Assembly: GCA_964511175.1 (NCBI GenBank) | Contig: CAZEEI010000003.1 | Location: 13,716 to 77,715, forward strand | DNA length: 64,000 nt | Source: an uncultured Pseudomonadales bacterium | Lineage (GTDB): Bacteria > Patescibacteriota > Microgenomatia > UBA1400 > UBA1396 | Direction of reading: 5' to 3' | Shown here: one piece after another, positions 36,232 to 45,328 of the stretch | Position numbering within the stretch: the stretch's first letter is position 1 | How the letters are laid out: every line of letters starts with the position of its first letter | Position numbers and translations under genes: made by a program | The notes under the pieces: generated by a model | The model's input: only the letters and a program-made list of their open reading frames with translations | What the model was told of the DNA's origin: nothing | Database searches by the model: none

Positions 36232-37236
36232 ATGCAAAACACTAACTTAGACCTATCGGCTTTAGCGGCAGCTTACGAGAAGGCGCAGAGTGCAGTGGTT
36301 TTCATTCACCCCCAGGCTACTTATGATGCGGTGGCGGCAGCTTTAGCCCTGCATTTAGCCCTGCGCGAGGCTGGCAAAAGTTGCGCGGTAGTTTGTGTAG
36401 AGCCCATGCGGGTGGAGTTTTCGCGCCTGGTGGCTATTGATCAGGTTCATACTGAAGCCGGCAATCGTGATTTGGTGATTTCTTTTGCCTATACGGAAGA
36501 GCAAGTAGACAAAGTAAGTTATAACGTTGATGAAGATAACGGCCGTTTCGAGTTAGTGGTAGCTCCCAAGACTGGTGGACAACCCCTAGATCCCAGCAGC
36601 ATTGAGTTTCGCCGCACCGGCTTATCGGCGGATCTGGTGTTCTTGTTTGGTTATCATAGTCTGAGCGAGTTAGAAACAATTTACGACAAAGAAAAATACA
36701 CGATTGATAGTGCGTATACCGTGGCAGTAACCCAAAATAAGATTGCGCCCTACGCTAAATTACATCTCACCTTGCAGCCGGAGCAGTTGTCTTACGCTGA
36801 ACTAGTCTACTTTATTGTTCGCCAACTGCAGATTGCGGAGATTAAAGACGATTTAGCGACTAATATTTTGTCCGGTATCGAGTACGCTACCGATCGTTTT
36901 GCCCAAGCTAATTTGGCACCACGTACCTTTGAAACGATTGCTAATTTAATGCGCCGCGGCGCCCGTCGTGACGCAGACAATCCGGCTTTCCAGTATTTGG
37001 GTATGCCGATTCGCCAAAGCACCAATCAACCGGCACCCGTAGGTGAATCAGGCTGGGCTGATCAAGCTATGCCGTTTACCGGCGGTCCGCAAACCATCCA
37101 GTTAGGTGGTAGCCATCCTAATACCAATATGGTAATGCCAGCCATGCCGCCAGCTGCCGTTCAACCAACTGCAACTGTTCAACCGCAAACCGTTTCCCCA
37201 GGTGATTTTGCCCGGGCGATGTCTAACCGTTCTTAA
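36232..37236 (+). CDS. Hypothetical protein; possibly a degenerate DHH/DHHA1 (NrnA-like) phosphoesterase
   Basis: Occupies the position after infB where nrnA is often found, but lacks the canonical DHH residues. Has a Pro/Thr-rich C-terminus. Confidence 0.3.
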   Translation: MQNTNLDLSALAAAYEKAQSAVVFIHPQATYDAVAAALALHLALREAGKSCAVVCVEPMRVEFSRLVAIDQVHTEAGNRDLVISFAYTEEQVDKVSYNVDEDNGRFELVVAPKTGGQPLDPSSIEFRRTGLSADLVFLFGYHSLSELETIYDKEKYTIDSAYTVAVTQNKIAPYAKLHLTLQPEQLSYAELVYFIVRQLQIAEIKDDLATNILSGIEYATDRFAQANLAPRTFETIANLMRRGARRDADNPAFQYLGMPIRQSTNQPAPVGESGWADQAMPFTGGPQTIQLGGSHPNTNMVMPAMPPAAVQPTATVQPQTVSPGDFARAMSNRS

Positions 37237-38300
37237 GCGGTTTTAGTTTTGCTTTGGCGTGAGGCTTTAATTTTGTCCCAAACTTTACGCTTAATTTCTT
37301 CCATCATTTTGGGATCTTCCTCAAGAACCGCTTTGGCGTTTTCTCGCCCTTGAGCAAAGGTGGCACCGTTATATTTATAGAAAGCACCGGCTTTTTCCAA
37401 TACTTCCATTTCAGTAGCTACATCCAGAACTCCGCCCGACTGAGAAATACCGGAAGCAGCCATCATGTCAAACTCGGTAGTGCGGAAAGGTGGAGCAACT
37501 TTATTTTTGACCACCCGCGCTCGATGGTGGGTACCAACTACTAAGTCGCCTTCTTGGATATTGCCGGTCTTGCGCATATCCAGGCGGATAGAGGCATAGA
37601 ACTTTAAGGCTTGGCCACCAGCAGTAGTTTCCGGATTGCCAAACATGACACCGATCTTGATCCGGAGTTGGTTGGTAAAGATAACCACTGTCTGCGATTT
37701 ACTAATGACGGCTGCCAATTTACGCATCGCCTTAGACATTAGACGCGCTTGGGTACCAACTGAGGCATCCGACATTTCGCCTTCAATTTCTGATTTGGGT
37801 ACGAGGGCGGCTACCGAATCAATCACCAGCACATCGATACCACCGGAACGGATCAAAGTTTCCGCAATTTCCAGGGCTTGCTCGCCGTAATCTGGTTGGG
37901 AAATAAGTAAGTCATCCAGATTAACGCCAATCGCTTGGGCGCGTTCGGGATCCAGAGCGTGTTCAGCATCAATAAAGGCAGCCACACCACCCTGTTTCTG
38001 GGCTTCCGCAATAACGTGGAGACAAACAGTAGTTTTACCAGATGCCTCCGGACCATAAATTTCCACTACCCGGCCGCGAGGTAACCCGCCAACACCCAGA
38101 GCCAAATCCAGTGGCAGACACTGGGTAGAGATAACGGGCATCGAATACATGCCGTCCAATCTGGCGCCAAGACGCATAATCGAACCGTCGCCGTGGCTTT
38201 TTTGAATTTGCTTTAACGCAATCTCAATCGCTTCCCGCCTTTGCTGATTAATGCCCTCTGGTGCCTGACTGGTGGTACCCGAATCACTAGCTTTCGCCAT
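37233..38300 (-). CDS. recA: Recombinase RecA
   Basis: Walker [10 protein letters not shown], the L1/L2 loops, and strong overall RecA similarity. Confidence 0.95.
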   Translation of the reverse strand: MAKASDSGTTSQAPEGINQQRREAIEIALKQIQKSHGDGSIMRLGARLDGMYSMPVISTQCLPLDLALGVGGLPRGRVVEIYGPEASGKTTVCLHVIAEAQKQGGVAAFIDAEHALDPERAQAIGVNLDDLLISQPDYGEQALEIAETLIRSGGIDVLVIDSVAALVPKSEIEGEMSDASVGTQARLMSKAMRKLAAVISKSQTVVIFTNQLRIKIGVMFGNPETTAGGQALKFYASIRLDMRKTGNIQEGDLVVGTHHRARVVKNKVAPPFRTTEFDMMAASGISQSGGVLDVATEMEVLEKAGAFYKYNGATFAQGRENAKAVLEEDPKMMEEIKRKVWDKIKASRQSKTKTA

Positions 38301-38357
38301 ATTCTAATCCTCCCTTAAGTAGTGGCCTTATTATGACAGGAGAAAGTAACCCAAAGG

Positions 38358-38690
38358 TTACACCGAAGGATCTTTTTTGGGAAACTTCGGAAACTTATCC
38401 TGCCATTCAGTCGCCGTTTGTTTGATTGCCGTTAATTGTTTTTTGGTCTTGGGCGTAATTAGTTCGCCAGAATGTTCATCGATTTGTTTTTTCCAGTCGC
38501 GCAAAACCTCGTGTCCTTGCTTAGTTCCAAATAAGAACATGCCGGTAATACCGCCCAATAGTCCCAGTAGAAACCCCACCCCAAAATTACCGCCATCACT
38601 TTCAGGGGGAACCACGGTCGACGAATTAGTTGAGGTTTTACTTTTCCGCATCATCGCTTTGTTTCTTAATGAAATGGGCAAAAGATTCAA
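38358..38690 (-). CDS. YtxH-like small membrane protein
   Basis: GFLLGLLGGITGMFLFG helix followed by a charged helical tail. Confidence 0.5.
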   Translation of the reverse strand: MNLLPISLRNKAMMRKSKTSTNSSTVVPPESDGGNFGVGFLLGLLGGITGMFLFGTKQGHEVLRDWKKQIDEHSGELITPKTKKQLTAIKQTATEWQDKFPKFPKKDPSV

Positions 38691-38913
38691 ACATTTTTAG
38701 ACCAACCTTCATGCCCTGCATCATGCCGCCTAGGTTTTGTAGGGGTGCAAAGGCGCGATCCAAAGTTTGTTCGAGCACCTCTGCCAGTTCGTTAAAACGT
38801 TGCAATGAGCGACGCATTTCTTGAAGAACCAAAATGGTTTGCACACCCACCACAACTAAAATGATTGATAGTACCGCCGCAACAACAGTCAGGACAATAA
38901 CGAGTGGATCCAT
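38638..38913 (-). CDS. DUF948-like membrane-anchored small protein
   Basis: N-terminal TM helix plus a coiled tail. Pairs with the YtxH-like gene, as in Firmicutes. Confidence 0.45.
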   Translation of the reverse strand: MDPLVIVLTVVAAVLSIILVVVGVQTILVLQEMRRSLQRFNELAEVLEQTLDRAFAPLQNLGGMMQGMKVGLKMFESFAHFIKKQSDDAEK

Positions 38914-38937
38914 ATTCCTAATCTAAGCACGGAGTGG

Positions 38938-38946
38938 TGATATAAT
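38938..38946 (+). promoter_or_regulatory. Extended -10 promoter element TGaTATAAT
   Basis: A perfect TGnTATAAT about 160 nt upstream of the racemase start. The leader it would produce ends in a terminator hairpin. Confidence 0.5.
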
Positions 38947-39065
38947 CAACCCTTATGAATCAGAGCAATCGAGTTCTAAATTGGCATTATTATTTAACTG
39001 CTAAAAGCGGAAGGGTTAGTTTGGCTCAAAAAATCTAAAAAATAGAAAAAAGTCACATCAGTACA

Positions 39066-39089
39066 CCCCTCCGCCCAGAGGGGTTTTTT
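39066..39089 (+). terminator. Rho-independent terminator/attenuator hairpin (CCCCTC-cgccca-GAGGGG plus T6) just before the racemase Shine-Dalgarno
   Basis: 6-bp GC-rich stem and a TTTTTT tract, ending about 17 nt before the ATG at 39107. Confidence 0.6.
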
Positions 39090-39106
39090 GTGGCAGAAAG
39101 GAAAAT

Positions 39107-39805
39107 ATGACTAGAAAAACAGTAGGTATTTTAGGCGGCATGGGAGCACGGGCTAGTGTGCGGTTTTATGATGAAGTAATCCAATCCTGTACCGCAGTCT
39201 TTGGTGTGCAGGAAAATGATCAATTTCCGCGCTTATTAATCTCGAATTTACCCATTCCAGACATTATCGGCGATAACAGCAACCCAACTATTGCTCGCCG
39301 AATGATTGTCGAGGAGGGAAAGCGTTTGGTTCAGGCAGGGGCTGAGTGTCTAATTATGGCTTGTAATACCGCTCACGTGGCTTTGCCACAACTGCGCCAA
39401 TCTGTATCGGTGGAGGTATTGGACCTAGTAGCCGAGACAGTTGCCGCTGTGCCGCTTCCGCTTAAACGAGTTGGCGTGCTAGCCACACCCACTACCTTGT
39501 TGACCGAACTTTACCAACAGGCGTTGGCTAAACAGGGTAAAACCACTCTCTTGCCGACGCGCGCTGAACAAGCAGTTTTGGAAAATGCGATTCGAACAAC
39601 GATTGCCGGTACCAATGGTCGAGCCGAAACGCGTCGGCTAATTAAAATTACTAATCGTCTGCAACGCGACGGGGCGGCGGCCGTTATTTTAGGCTGCACG
39701 GAACTGGGTTTAATACTATCCGCCAGTGATTTAGCGATACCAATGATTGATTCAGTGGTGGCCGGCGCTAATAAAGTGGCGCGAATTGGTTTGGGCAAGG
39801 TATAA
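39107..39805 (+). CDS. Asp/Glu/hydantoin racemase family protein (aspartate racemase-like)
   Basis: GILGGMGARAS and the CNTAH motif with the two catalytic Cys contexts. Confidence 0.8.
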   Translation: MTRKTVGILGGMGARASVRFYDEVIQSCTAVFGVQENDQFPRLLISNLPIPDIIGDNSNPTIARRMIVEEGKRLVQAGAECLIMACNTAHVALPQLRQSVSVEVLDLVAETVAAVPLPLKRVGVLATPTTLLTELYQQALAKQGKTTLLPTRAEQAVLENAIRTTIAGTNGRAETRRLIKITNRLQRDGAAAVILGCTELGLILSASDLAIPMIDSVVAGANKVARIGLGKV

Positions 39806-39838
39806 GATTGGAGTGTATTAAAAGTTGTCTTTTCTGGT

Positions 39839-39920
39839 TTTGTACAAAATCAGCCACCAAGTTGTGCAAGAATGTACGCGAATTTGTACAAAACGCGCCC
39901 AAGCGGTTTTTGATATACAA
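39839..39920 (+). promoter_or_regulatory. Third copy of the TTGTACAA module (boxes at 39839, 39862 (TTGTGCAA) and 39884, then GGTTTTTGATATACA); no annotated downstream gene on the + strand
   Basis: Same 22-bp box phasing and the same 20-nt spacing to TGaTATA as the site at 8451-8530. It lies in a convergent intergenic region. Confidence 0.45.
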
Positions 39921-39926
39921 CGCAGG

Positions 39927-40553
39927 TTACTCGACAGTTAAGAAAATGATTGTTTCAGCAACCCGGCCGCGGCGGTCGGTGGCTTGGATAACTACTGTTC
40001 TTTCGCCTGGAGGCAGATCAAGTTCATAAGCAAAGCGTCCTTGCGGATCAAGCGACACCGCCTCGGTGTTAATGGTTAAGGCCGTATTACTGCTAGTTTT
40101 GCCAACCACACTAAAGGGGGTGGCGACGGTTTCGTAGTTATGCGGCGAGGTAACAGTTAAGGGTGGCGGTTGGCCTAGTTGTCGCCACTGCCAAATCAGC
40201 CCGCCGCCGCCGACTAGGGCGACTAAAATCAAGGCCAACAACGATAGGATACGGGGAGTAATCACCCAGTGCCATCGCGGGCGGCGGCGGGCCTTTTTAC
40301 CAACCATATCTATTTCGCGATAAGCTAGGTCGCGGCGGAAGAGAGCTAAGACATTTTCCTCAGGTAAACCAATTTCCGGCGCCATCAGCCGAACATAGCC
40401 ACGCACTAGGGCTTGAGCTGGCAACCGCGTCAGGTCTTCGGCCTCCAGCGCTTCAATAAAATCAACCGGCACTGCAGTACATCGGGCCAATTCCGCCACA
40501 CTTAACTGTTTTTGTTGACGGTAATCCCGCAGAACGTGGCCAATGGTTTTCAT
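39927..40553 (-). CDS. RodZ-like protein (XRE-type HTH, a single TM and a C-terminal domain)
   Basis: N-terminal HTH (LRDYRQQKQLSVAELARCTAV), central TM (ILSLLALILVALVGGGG), downstream of and overlapping ftsK. Confidence 0.6.
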   Translation of the reverse strand: MKTIGHVLRDYRQQKQLSVAELARCTAVPVDFIEALEAEDLTRLPAQALVRGYVRLMAPEIGLPEENVLALFRRDLAYREIDMVGKKARRRPRWHWVITPRILSLLALILVALVGGGGLIWQWRQLGQPPPLTVTSPHNYETVATPFSVVGKTSSNTALTINTEAVSLDPQGRFAYELDLPPGERTVVIQATDRRGRVAETIIFLTVE

Positions 40554-42691
40554 GATTGTTTTGGTTCGCTGCCTTGCAGGAACTGATGGGCGGCGGTGGT
40601 ATTAATCTCACGCGGTTTGGCGCCGTTGACGGCTCCTACAATACCAAGAGCGTGCAGTTGGTCCAAAATACGGGCGGCACGGTTATAACCCACCGATAAA
40701 CGCCGTTGAATATAAGAAGAAGAAGCTTCACCTTTTTCCAAAATGACCCGGATCGCCTCACCAATCAGCTCATCATGCTCTTCGGCGCCATCCTTATTGC
40801 CTCCCACGACATTGCTTTGGAACTTGGTCACGATCTCCTCTTCGTAAGCCGGAGTAGTGTTTTGTTTCTTGAGGAAGTCGATCAACCCTCTGATTTCCTG
40901 ATCGGAAACAAAAGTGCCTTGGATACGCACCGGCTTGGCCTGATCCGGCGGAATATATAACATATCGCCACGGCCCAACAACTTTTCCGCACCGGGCGTA
41001 TCCAAAATGACCCGTGAATCGATGTTGGAAGAGACGTTAAAGGCAATACGCGCCGGAATGTTGGCTTTAATTAAGCCGGTAATGATATCGACGGAAGGAC
41101 GCTGTGTGGAGATCAACAGGTGAATACCTACTGCCCGGGCCATTTGGGCGAGACGCGCAATTGATTCTTCTACCTCGGAAGGAGAGTACATGATGATATC
41201 GGCCAATTCATCAATAACAATGACAATGTAGGGCATTGCCTGGAAACCGGAGGCTTCGTTAAAGCTGGCAATGTTGCGCACCCCCACTTCCTGGAAAACT
41301 TTGTAACGTTTTTCCATTTCGGAACAAGCCCATTTCAAGGCGGCGATTACTTTCTTTGGTTCGACAATAACCGGCGTTAACAGGTGGGGAATATCGTTGT
41401 ACTGGGTTAATTCCACCCGTTTAGGATCAACCATGATGAACTTAACTTCGGTGGGGGCGGCGCGGAACAAGATAGAAGCAATAAAGGCGTTGACGGCCAC
41501 CGATTTACCTGAGCCAGTAGCACCAGCAATCAAAGCGTGCGGCATCTTGGCTACGTCGGCTACCACCTCTTTACCAGCCACGTCCAGGCCTAGTGAAACC
41601 GCCAGCTTGGAGGGGTTCTTTTTCATATCCGGTGACATTAAAACTTGCCGCAGAGTCACCACTTGGAGAGAGCGGTTAGGCACTTCAATGCCCACTAAAT
41701 CCCGTCCTGGAATGGGAGCTTCAATACGAATTTGACCAGTAGGAGCGGCCAGCGCCAATGCCAAGTCATTAGCTAGGGAAGTAATTTTGGTCAGTTTAGT
41801 GCCAACCGACGGGCGAATAGCGTACTGAGTGACGGCAGGACCAATGTTCACTTCTACCATCTGGGTTTTAATACCAAAGGAATCGAGGGTTTGTTCAATC
41901 ATCTGCGCGTTTTGTTTGACGTCGCCAGCATCAGCTGTATTGCCGCGTTTGGCACTCAGTAGTGACAAGGGTGGATACTCCCAAGCTTGATCGGAAGGCT
42001 GGTTGGCCAGCGGTGTGGTTGATGAAGTATCTTCCAAATCAAGAGTCGGCGAAAGCGGTTTATTAACTTTATAAGGTTCATTGGGAGCGGCCGTGTTAGT
42101 TGCCGGCGCAGCCTCAGTGGGCGCCTTTTTCTTCATTAAATTAATACCGGGTATGCGAAAGCCGGAGGTTTTTTCCACAACTTGATCTTTATTACTCGTC
42201 TTATCAACCGATTTGTGATTGATCTCCACAATCGTGCCGAGGAAATAAAATATTTCCCGCAGGGAAGTATCGGTGAGAATTAGAAAACCAGCTAACCCCA
42301 GCAAAGAAAAAACTATTGTCACCCCTAGGGGTTGAATTAATTCAGCGAAATTAGCAAATAAGGTGTGTCCCAAATCACCACTTTGGCGGGTGATCAAAAT
42401 GGATAAGAAAAACAAAAACGAACCCACTAAAACTTGCGGTTTGGCAAAAGACCATTTAGCGCCGGTTAACACCATACCCATGCAAATAAAGAGAAAAGGC
42501 AGAAGCAGACTGACTACCCCAAAATTTTGTCGCAGTACTTCGTTAACGGCTTGCAGCGATTCGCCCTGTCCGGAAAAAGAAATAATAGTCAAACCGGCTA
42601 GGGCAAAAAACAGCAAACTACCCAGCGAATAAACAGTCTCAATACGTAACCTTAATTTAAATGGTGATCTCTTGCGGCCGCGCCTCCCCAT
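40550..42691 (-). CDS. ftsK: DNA translocase FtsK/SpoIIIE
   Basis: N-terminal TM helices, a Pro/Thr linker, and a motor domain with Walker A GATGSGKS and the gamma winged helix. Confidence 0.92.
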   Translation of the reverse strand: MGRRGRKRSPFKLRLRIETVYSLGSLLFFALAGLTIISFSGQGESLQAVNEVLRQNFGVVSLLLPFLFICMGMVLTGAKWSFAKPQVLVGSFLFFLSILITRQSGDLGHTLFANFAELIQPLGVTIVFSLLGLAGFLILTDTSLREIFYFLGTIVEINHKSVDKTSNKDQVVEKTSGFRIPGINLMKKKAPTEAAPATNTAAPNEPYKVNKPLSPTLDLEDTSSTTPLANQPSDQAWEYPPLSLLSAKRGNTADAGDVKQNAQMIEQTLDSFGIKTQMVEVNIGPAVTQYAIRPSVGTKLTKITSLANDLALALAAPTGQIRIEAPIPGRDLVGIEVPNRSLQVVTLRQVLMSPDMKKNPSKLAVSLGLDVAGKEVVADVAKMPHALIAGATGSGKSVAVNAFIASILFRAAPTEVKFIMVDPKRVELTQYNDIPHLLTPVIVEPKKVIAALKWACSEMEKRYKVFQEVGVRNIASFNEASGFQAMPYIVIVIDELADIIMYSPSEVEESIARLAQMARAVGIHLLISTQRPSVDIITGLIKANIPARIAFNVSSNIDSRVILDTPGAEKLLGRGDMLYIPPDQAKPVRIQGTFVSDQEIRGLIDFLKKQNTTPAYEEEIVTKFQSNVVGGNKDGAEEHDELIGEAIRVILEKGEASSSYIQRRLSVGYNRAARILDQLHALGIVGAVNGAKPREINTTAAHQFLQGSEPKQS

Positions 42692-42750
42692 AGACTACTA
42701 CTTTATCACTTCACCCCAGGGGTTTACAATCTAGGAGAAAGCGAGGCGTT

Positions 42751-44160
42751 ATGCAGAAAACCAAAATCGTAGCCACAATCGGTCCTTCTTCCGATACAGA
42801 GGAAAAAATTACCGCTCTGATTCAAGCTGGCGCTAACGTTTTTCGCTTTAACATGAAACACGGTGACGTAGCTTGGCATACGGAACGCATTCAGCGGGCG
42901 CAAGCCGTTGCTGATCGTTTAAACGTTTCTATTGGTATTTTAATTGATCTACAAGGTCCGGAGATTCGGATCGAAACCCTTAATAAAGAACCGGTGACGG
43001 TAGTTAAGGGTGAAGAAATTCTCCTGTCGGCTGACTTTGTTTCTGGGCGTAAAGGTTTTCGTGTGCCCGATCCGCTGGTGATCAATGGCTTACAAGTTGG
43101 CGACCAAGTACTGATCGATGACGGTTTCTTAGAGTTTAAAGTAGTACGACGGGATGAGCAGGGATTAGTTTTACAAGCCGCCGCCGATTATCTGATTAAT
43201 AATCGCAAGGGCATGAATTTACCTGGCGTGCACTTAGAGTTGGCTTCTTTGATTGAAGACGATTTTAAGAAGTTGGATATGGCCGCCCAGGAAAAGGTGG
43301 ATTTTGTGGCGCTTTCTTTTGTGCGCACCGCTGAGGATCTGCGTATTTTGCGGTCCGAAATGGCAAAGCGTCAAATTAATGCCCACATTGTGGCTAAAAT
43401 CGAAAACGCCAAAGCGATTGAAAACCTAGACGAAATTATTAGCGAATGCGACGCCGTCATGGTGGCGCGGGGCGATTTGGCAGTGGAAATACCTTACGAA
43501 GAACTAACTTACTGGCAGAAGACCATCATCCACAAGTGCCGTCAGGCGGGCAAGGCCGTCATTACGGCGACCCAAATGTTACAGTCAATGATTGATAGTC
43601 CGCGCCCCACCCGGGCGGAGGTATCGGATGTGGCTAACGCTGTATTTGATGGCACCGATGCGGTAATGTTGTCGGGAGAAACGGCGCAGGGTAATTATCC
43701 AGAAGAAGCGGTAAAAGCCATGCACCGCATTGCGGAGTTTAATGAGGCCAAAGTAATGTTACCACCCCTGGAAGAGACGCACGCTTTATCCCAAACGGAA
43801 AGCATAACGCGCGCCGTCACTACTTTACTGGGACAACGACGAGCCTTTGATATTTCCGCGATTGTCGTCTTTACCGAAACCGGTGAGACGGCGCGCAAAT
43901 TGGCTCGTTTCCGTCCTGAACTGCCGATCATCGCTTTGACCGAAACCGCCAAAACCTGTGATGAACTTTGTCTCAGTTATGGTGTTTACCCCTTGGTAAT
44001 GGAGTTTCCGGAGGGCGATATCGTGTCGCTGGAGCCGATCATCGCCAAACTGAAAGATCTGAAAATTATTCATACCGGCGACCGCTTAATGTTTGTCCAC
44101 GGTCATCGCTGGAAGGAACCAGGTTTAACGAACACACTTTCGGTTAAAGAAGTGGTCTAA
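42751..44160 (+). CDS. pyk: Pyruvate kinase
   Basis: MQKTKIVATIGP..., the PK barrel motifs and MVARGDLAVE. Confidence 0.92.
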   Translation: MQKTKIVATIGPSSDTEEKITALIQAGANVFRFNMKHGDVAWHTERIQRAQAVADRLNVSIGILIDLQGPEIRIETLNKEPVTVVKGEEILLSADFVSGRKGFRVPDPLVINGLQVGDQVLIDDGFLEFKVVRRDEQGLVLQAAADYLINNRKGMNLPGVHLELASLIEDDFKKLDMAAQEKVDFVALSFVRTAEDLRILRSEMAKRQINAHIVAKIENAKAIENLDEIISECDAVMVARGDLAVEIPYEELTYWQKTIIHKCRQAGKAVITATQMLQSMIDSPRPTRAEVSDVANAVFDGTDAVMLSGETAQGNYPEEAVKAMHRIAEFNEAKVMLPPLEETHALSQTESITRAVTTLLGQRRAFDISAIVVFTETGETARKLARFRPELPIIALTETAKTCDELCLSYGVYPLVMEFPEGDIVSLEPIIAKLKDLKIIHTGDRLMFVHGHRWKEPGLTNTLSVKEVV

Positions 44161-44161
44161 C

Positions 44162-44791
44162 ATGAAACAACTGCTCTATACGACGGGCAATGCGGCTAAG
44201 TTTGCGGAAGTTAATCATTTGGCCAATCAGTTAGGCTTTAATTTATTGAGCCGTCGCGATGTTGGCCTTGACCTGGATCCAGAAGAAACTGGTCAGACCC
44301 TGGAAGAGAATGCGGCTCTTAAAGTGCATGCCTATCAGCAGTTTTTGCCGGAGGATGTGTACGTTATCGCCGACGATACCGGGGTAGAAATTGATGCGCT
44401 CGGTGGTGAACCCGGCATCTACGTGCGCCGCTGGCGGGAACGGTCACGTCAGATGAGTGATACGGAGATTATTGAATACGCCATTGAGCGTTTGCAGGGC
44501 ATTCCGCCCGCCCGCCGCGGCGCCCAAATGCGGACGGTTTTAGCCTTAGGACACCCGAGCGGCGAAATAGAGTTGTTTGACGGGGTAATTCGGGGGGTGA
44601 TTGTCGAACAACCCACACCACAACCAATTCCTGGCTTTCCGTTTGCTTCACTTTTGTACGTTCCGGAATATCAGATGATGCTGGGAGAAATGCGCCAGTT
44701 GTCCAGCCAACAGCAGATGCAGTATCCCACCCAACGCGGCCGGGCTCTTACTAAATTATTGCAGCGCTGGCGGGAGATTACGGTGGCTTAA
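44162..44791 (+). CDS. rdgB: Non-canonical purine NTP pyrophosphatase (RdgB/Ham1)
   Basis: TGNAAKFAE...DDTGVEIDALGGEPGIY, the Ham1 family pattern. Confidence 0.85.
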   Translation: MKQLLYTTGNAAKFAEVNHLANQLGFNLLSRRDVGLDLDPEETGQTLEENAALKVHAYQQFLPEDVYVIADDTGVEIDALGGEPGIYVRRWRERSRQMSDTEIIEYAIERLQGIPPARRGAQMRTVLALGHPSGEIELFDGVIRGVIVEQPTPQPIPGFPFASLLYVPEYQMMLGEMRQLSSQQQMQYPTQRGRALTKLLQRWREITVA

Positions 44792-44793
44792 GA

Positions 44794-44822
44794 TTGACAA
44801 AAAGAACGGAAACGAGTATAAA
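44794..44822 (+). promoter_or_regulatory. Sigma70-like promoter TTGACA-N17-TATAAA
   Basis: Consensus -35 with 17-bp spacing, directly after the rdgB stop. Confidence 0.5.
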
Positions 44823-44872
44823 CTAAACCATCTCGATTCTGGCAAGCTATTCTAAGATAGCCAAGCGAAAAG

Positions 44873-44896
44873 TCCCTCCCGGTGAGGGATTTTTTG
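44873..44896 (+). terminator. Rho-independent terminator (TCCCTC-ccggt-GAGGGA plus T6)
   Basis: Stem-loop with a T tract about 50 nt downstream of the promoter at 44794. Confidence 0.7.
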
Positions 44897-44935
44897 TAAT
44901 TATTTGGTAATTTTCTTTTGTTAAAAGTAATAGGT

Positions 44936-45003
44936 GGGCCCGACTTGGGTAGTAAGCCGGAATCGAGAACCTGGCTGTGGGGGTTCGAATCCCCTCGGGT
45001 CCA
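44936..45003 (+). ncRNA. tRNA-like element: good acceptor stem and T-arm (GGGGG-TTCGAAT-CCCCT), but a non-canonical middle and no encoded CCA
   Basis: 5' GGGCCCG pairs with 3' CGGGTCC (one G-U) with discriminator A. The central hairpin AGCCGG-(10 nt)-CTGGCT does not fit a 5/7/5 anticodon arm. Total length 68 nt. Confidence 0.35.
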
Positions 45004-45061
45004 CGTTTTTAGTCAGATAAAATTATTTTTCTTTCTGATACTTTTTGATATAATAACAGCA

Positions 45062-45328
45062 ATGAAATCACGAGAAAAACAACCGCAAAGTTTAATTGAG
45101 GCCATATCTTTTTTTGCGACTGAATCAAATTTGGCTCTGTTGGTAATGGCTAGGATTTACCTTGACCATTATCTTCTCGATGAAAATCAGAACAATCTGG
45201 ACGCCGATATTAGAGAAAAAGTGGTAGACTTCCGGACTATGCTGGAAAATTTGTGTACAGCTATGCCCTACGATCGCCAACAGATTCAACGTCGAGCGGC
45301 TAATTTACACCGCCTTCTCACTTGCTAG
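45062..45328 (+). CDS. Small hypothetical protein in an AT-rich islet next to the tRNA-like element
   Basis: 88 aa, beginning MKSREKQ. A TTTTTGATATAAT extended -10 lies about 12 nt upstream. The track ORF at 44918 overlaps the tRNA-like element. Confidence 0.4.
   Translation: MKSREKQPQSLIEAISFFATESNLALLVMARIYLDHYLLDENQNNLDADIREKVVDFRTMLENLCTAMPYDRQQIQRRAANLHRLLTC

Noticed and set aside
39808-40029. 73-aa + strand ORF (MECIKSCLFWFCTKS...) from the six-frame track.
   Set aside because: It overlaps the conserved regulatory module and then runs antisense to the well-supported RodZ-like gene. It has a Cys-rich, low-complexity composition, so it is probably spurious.
44936-45003. Alternative reading of the tRNA-like element as the tRNA-like domain of tmRNA (ssrA).
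   Set aside because: The paired 5' acceptor strand lies only 53 nt upstream and the whole element is 68 nt. No approximately 350-nt structured region with a tag-peptide ORF is available in the 270-bp intergenic space.
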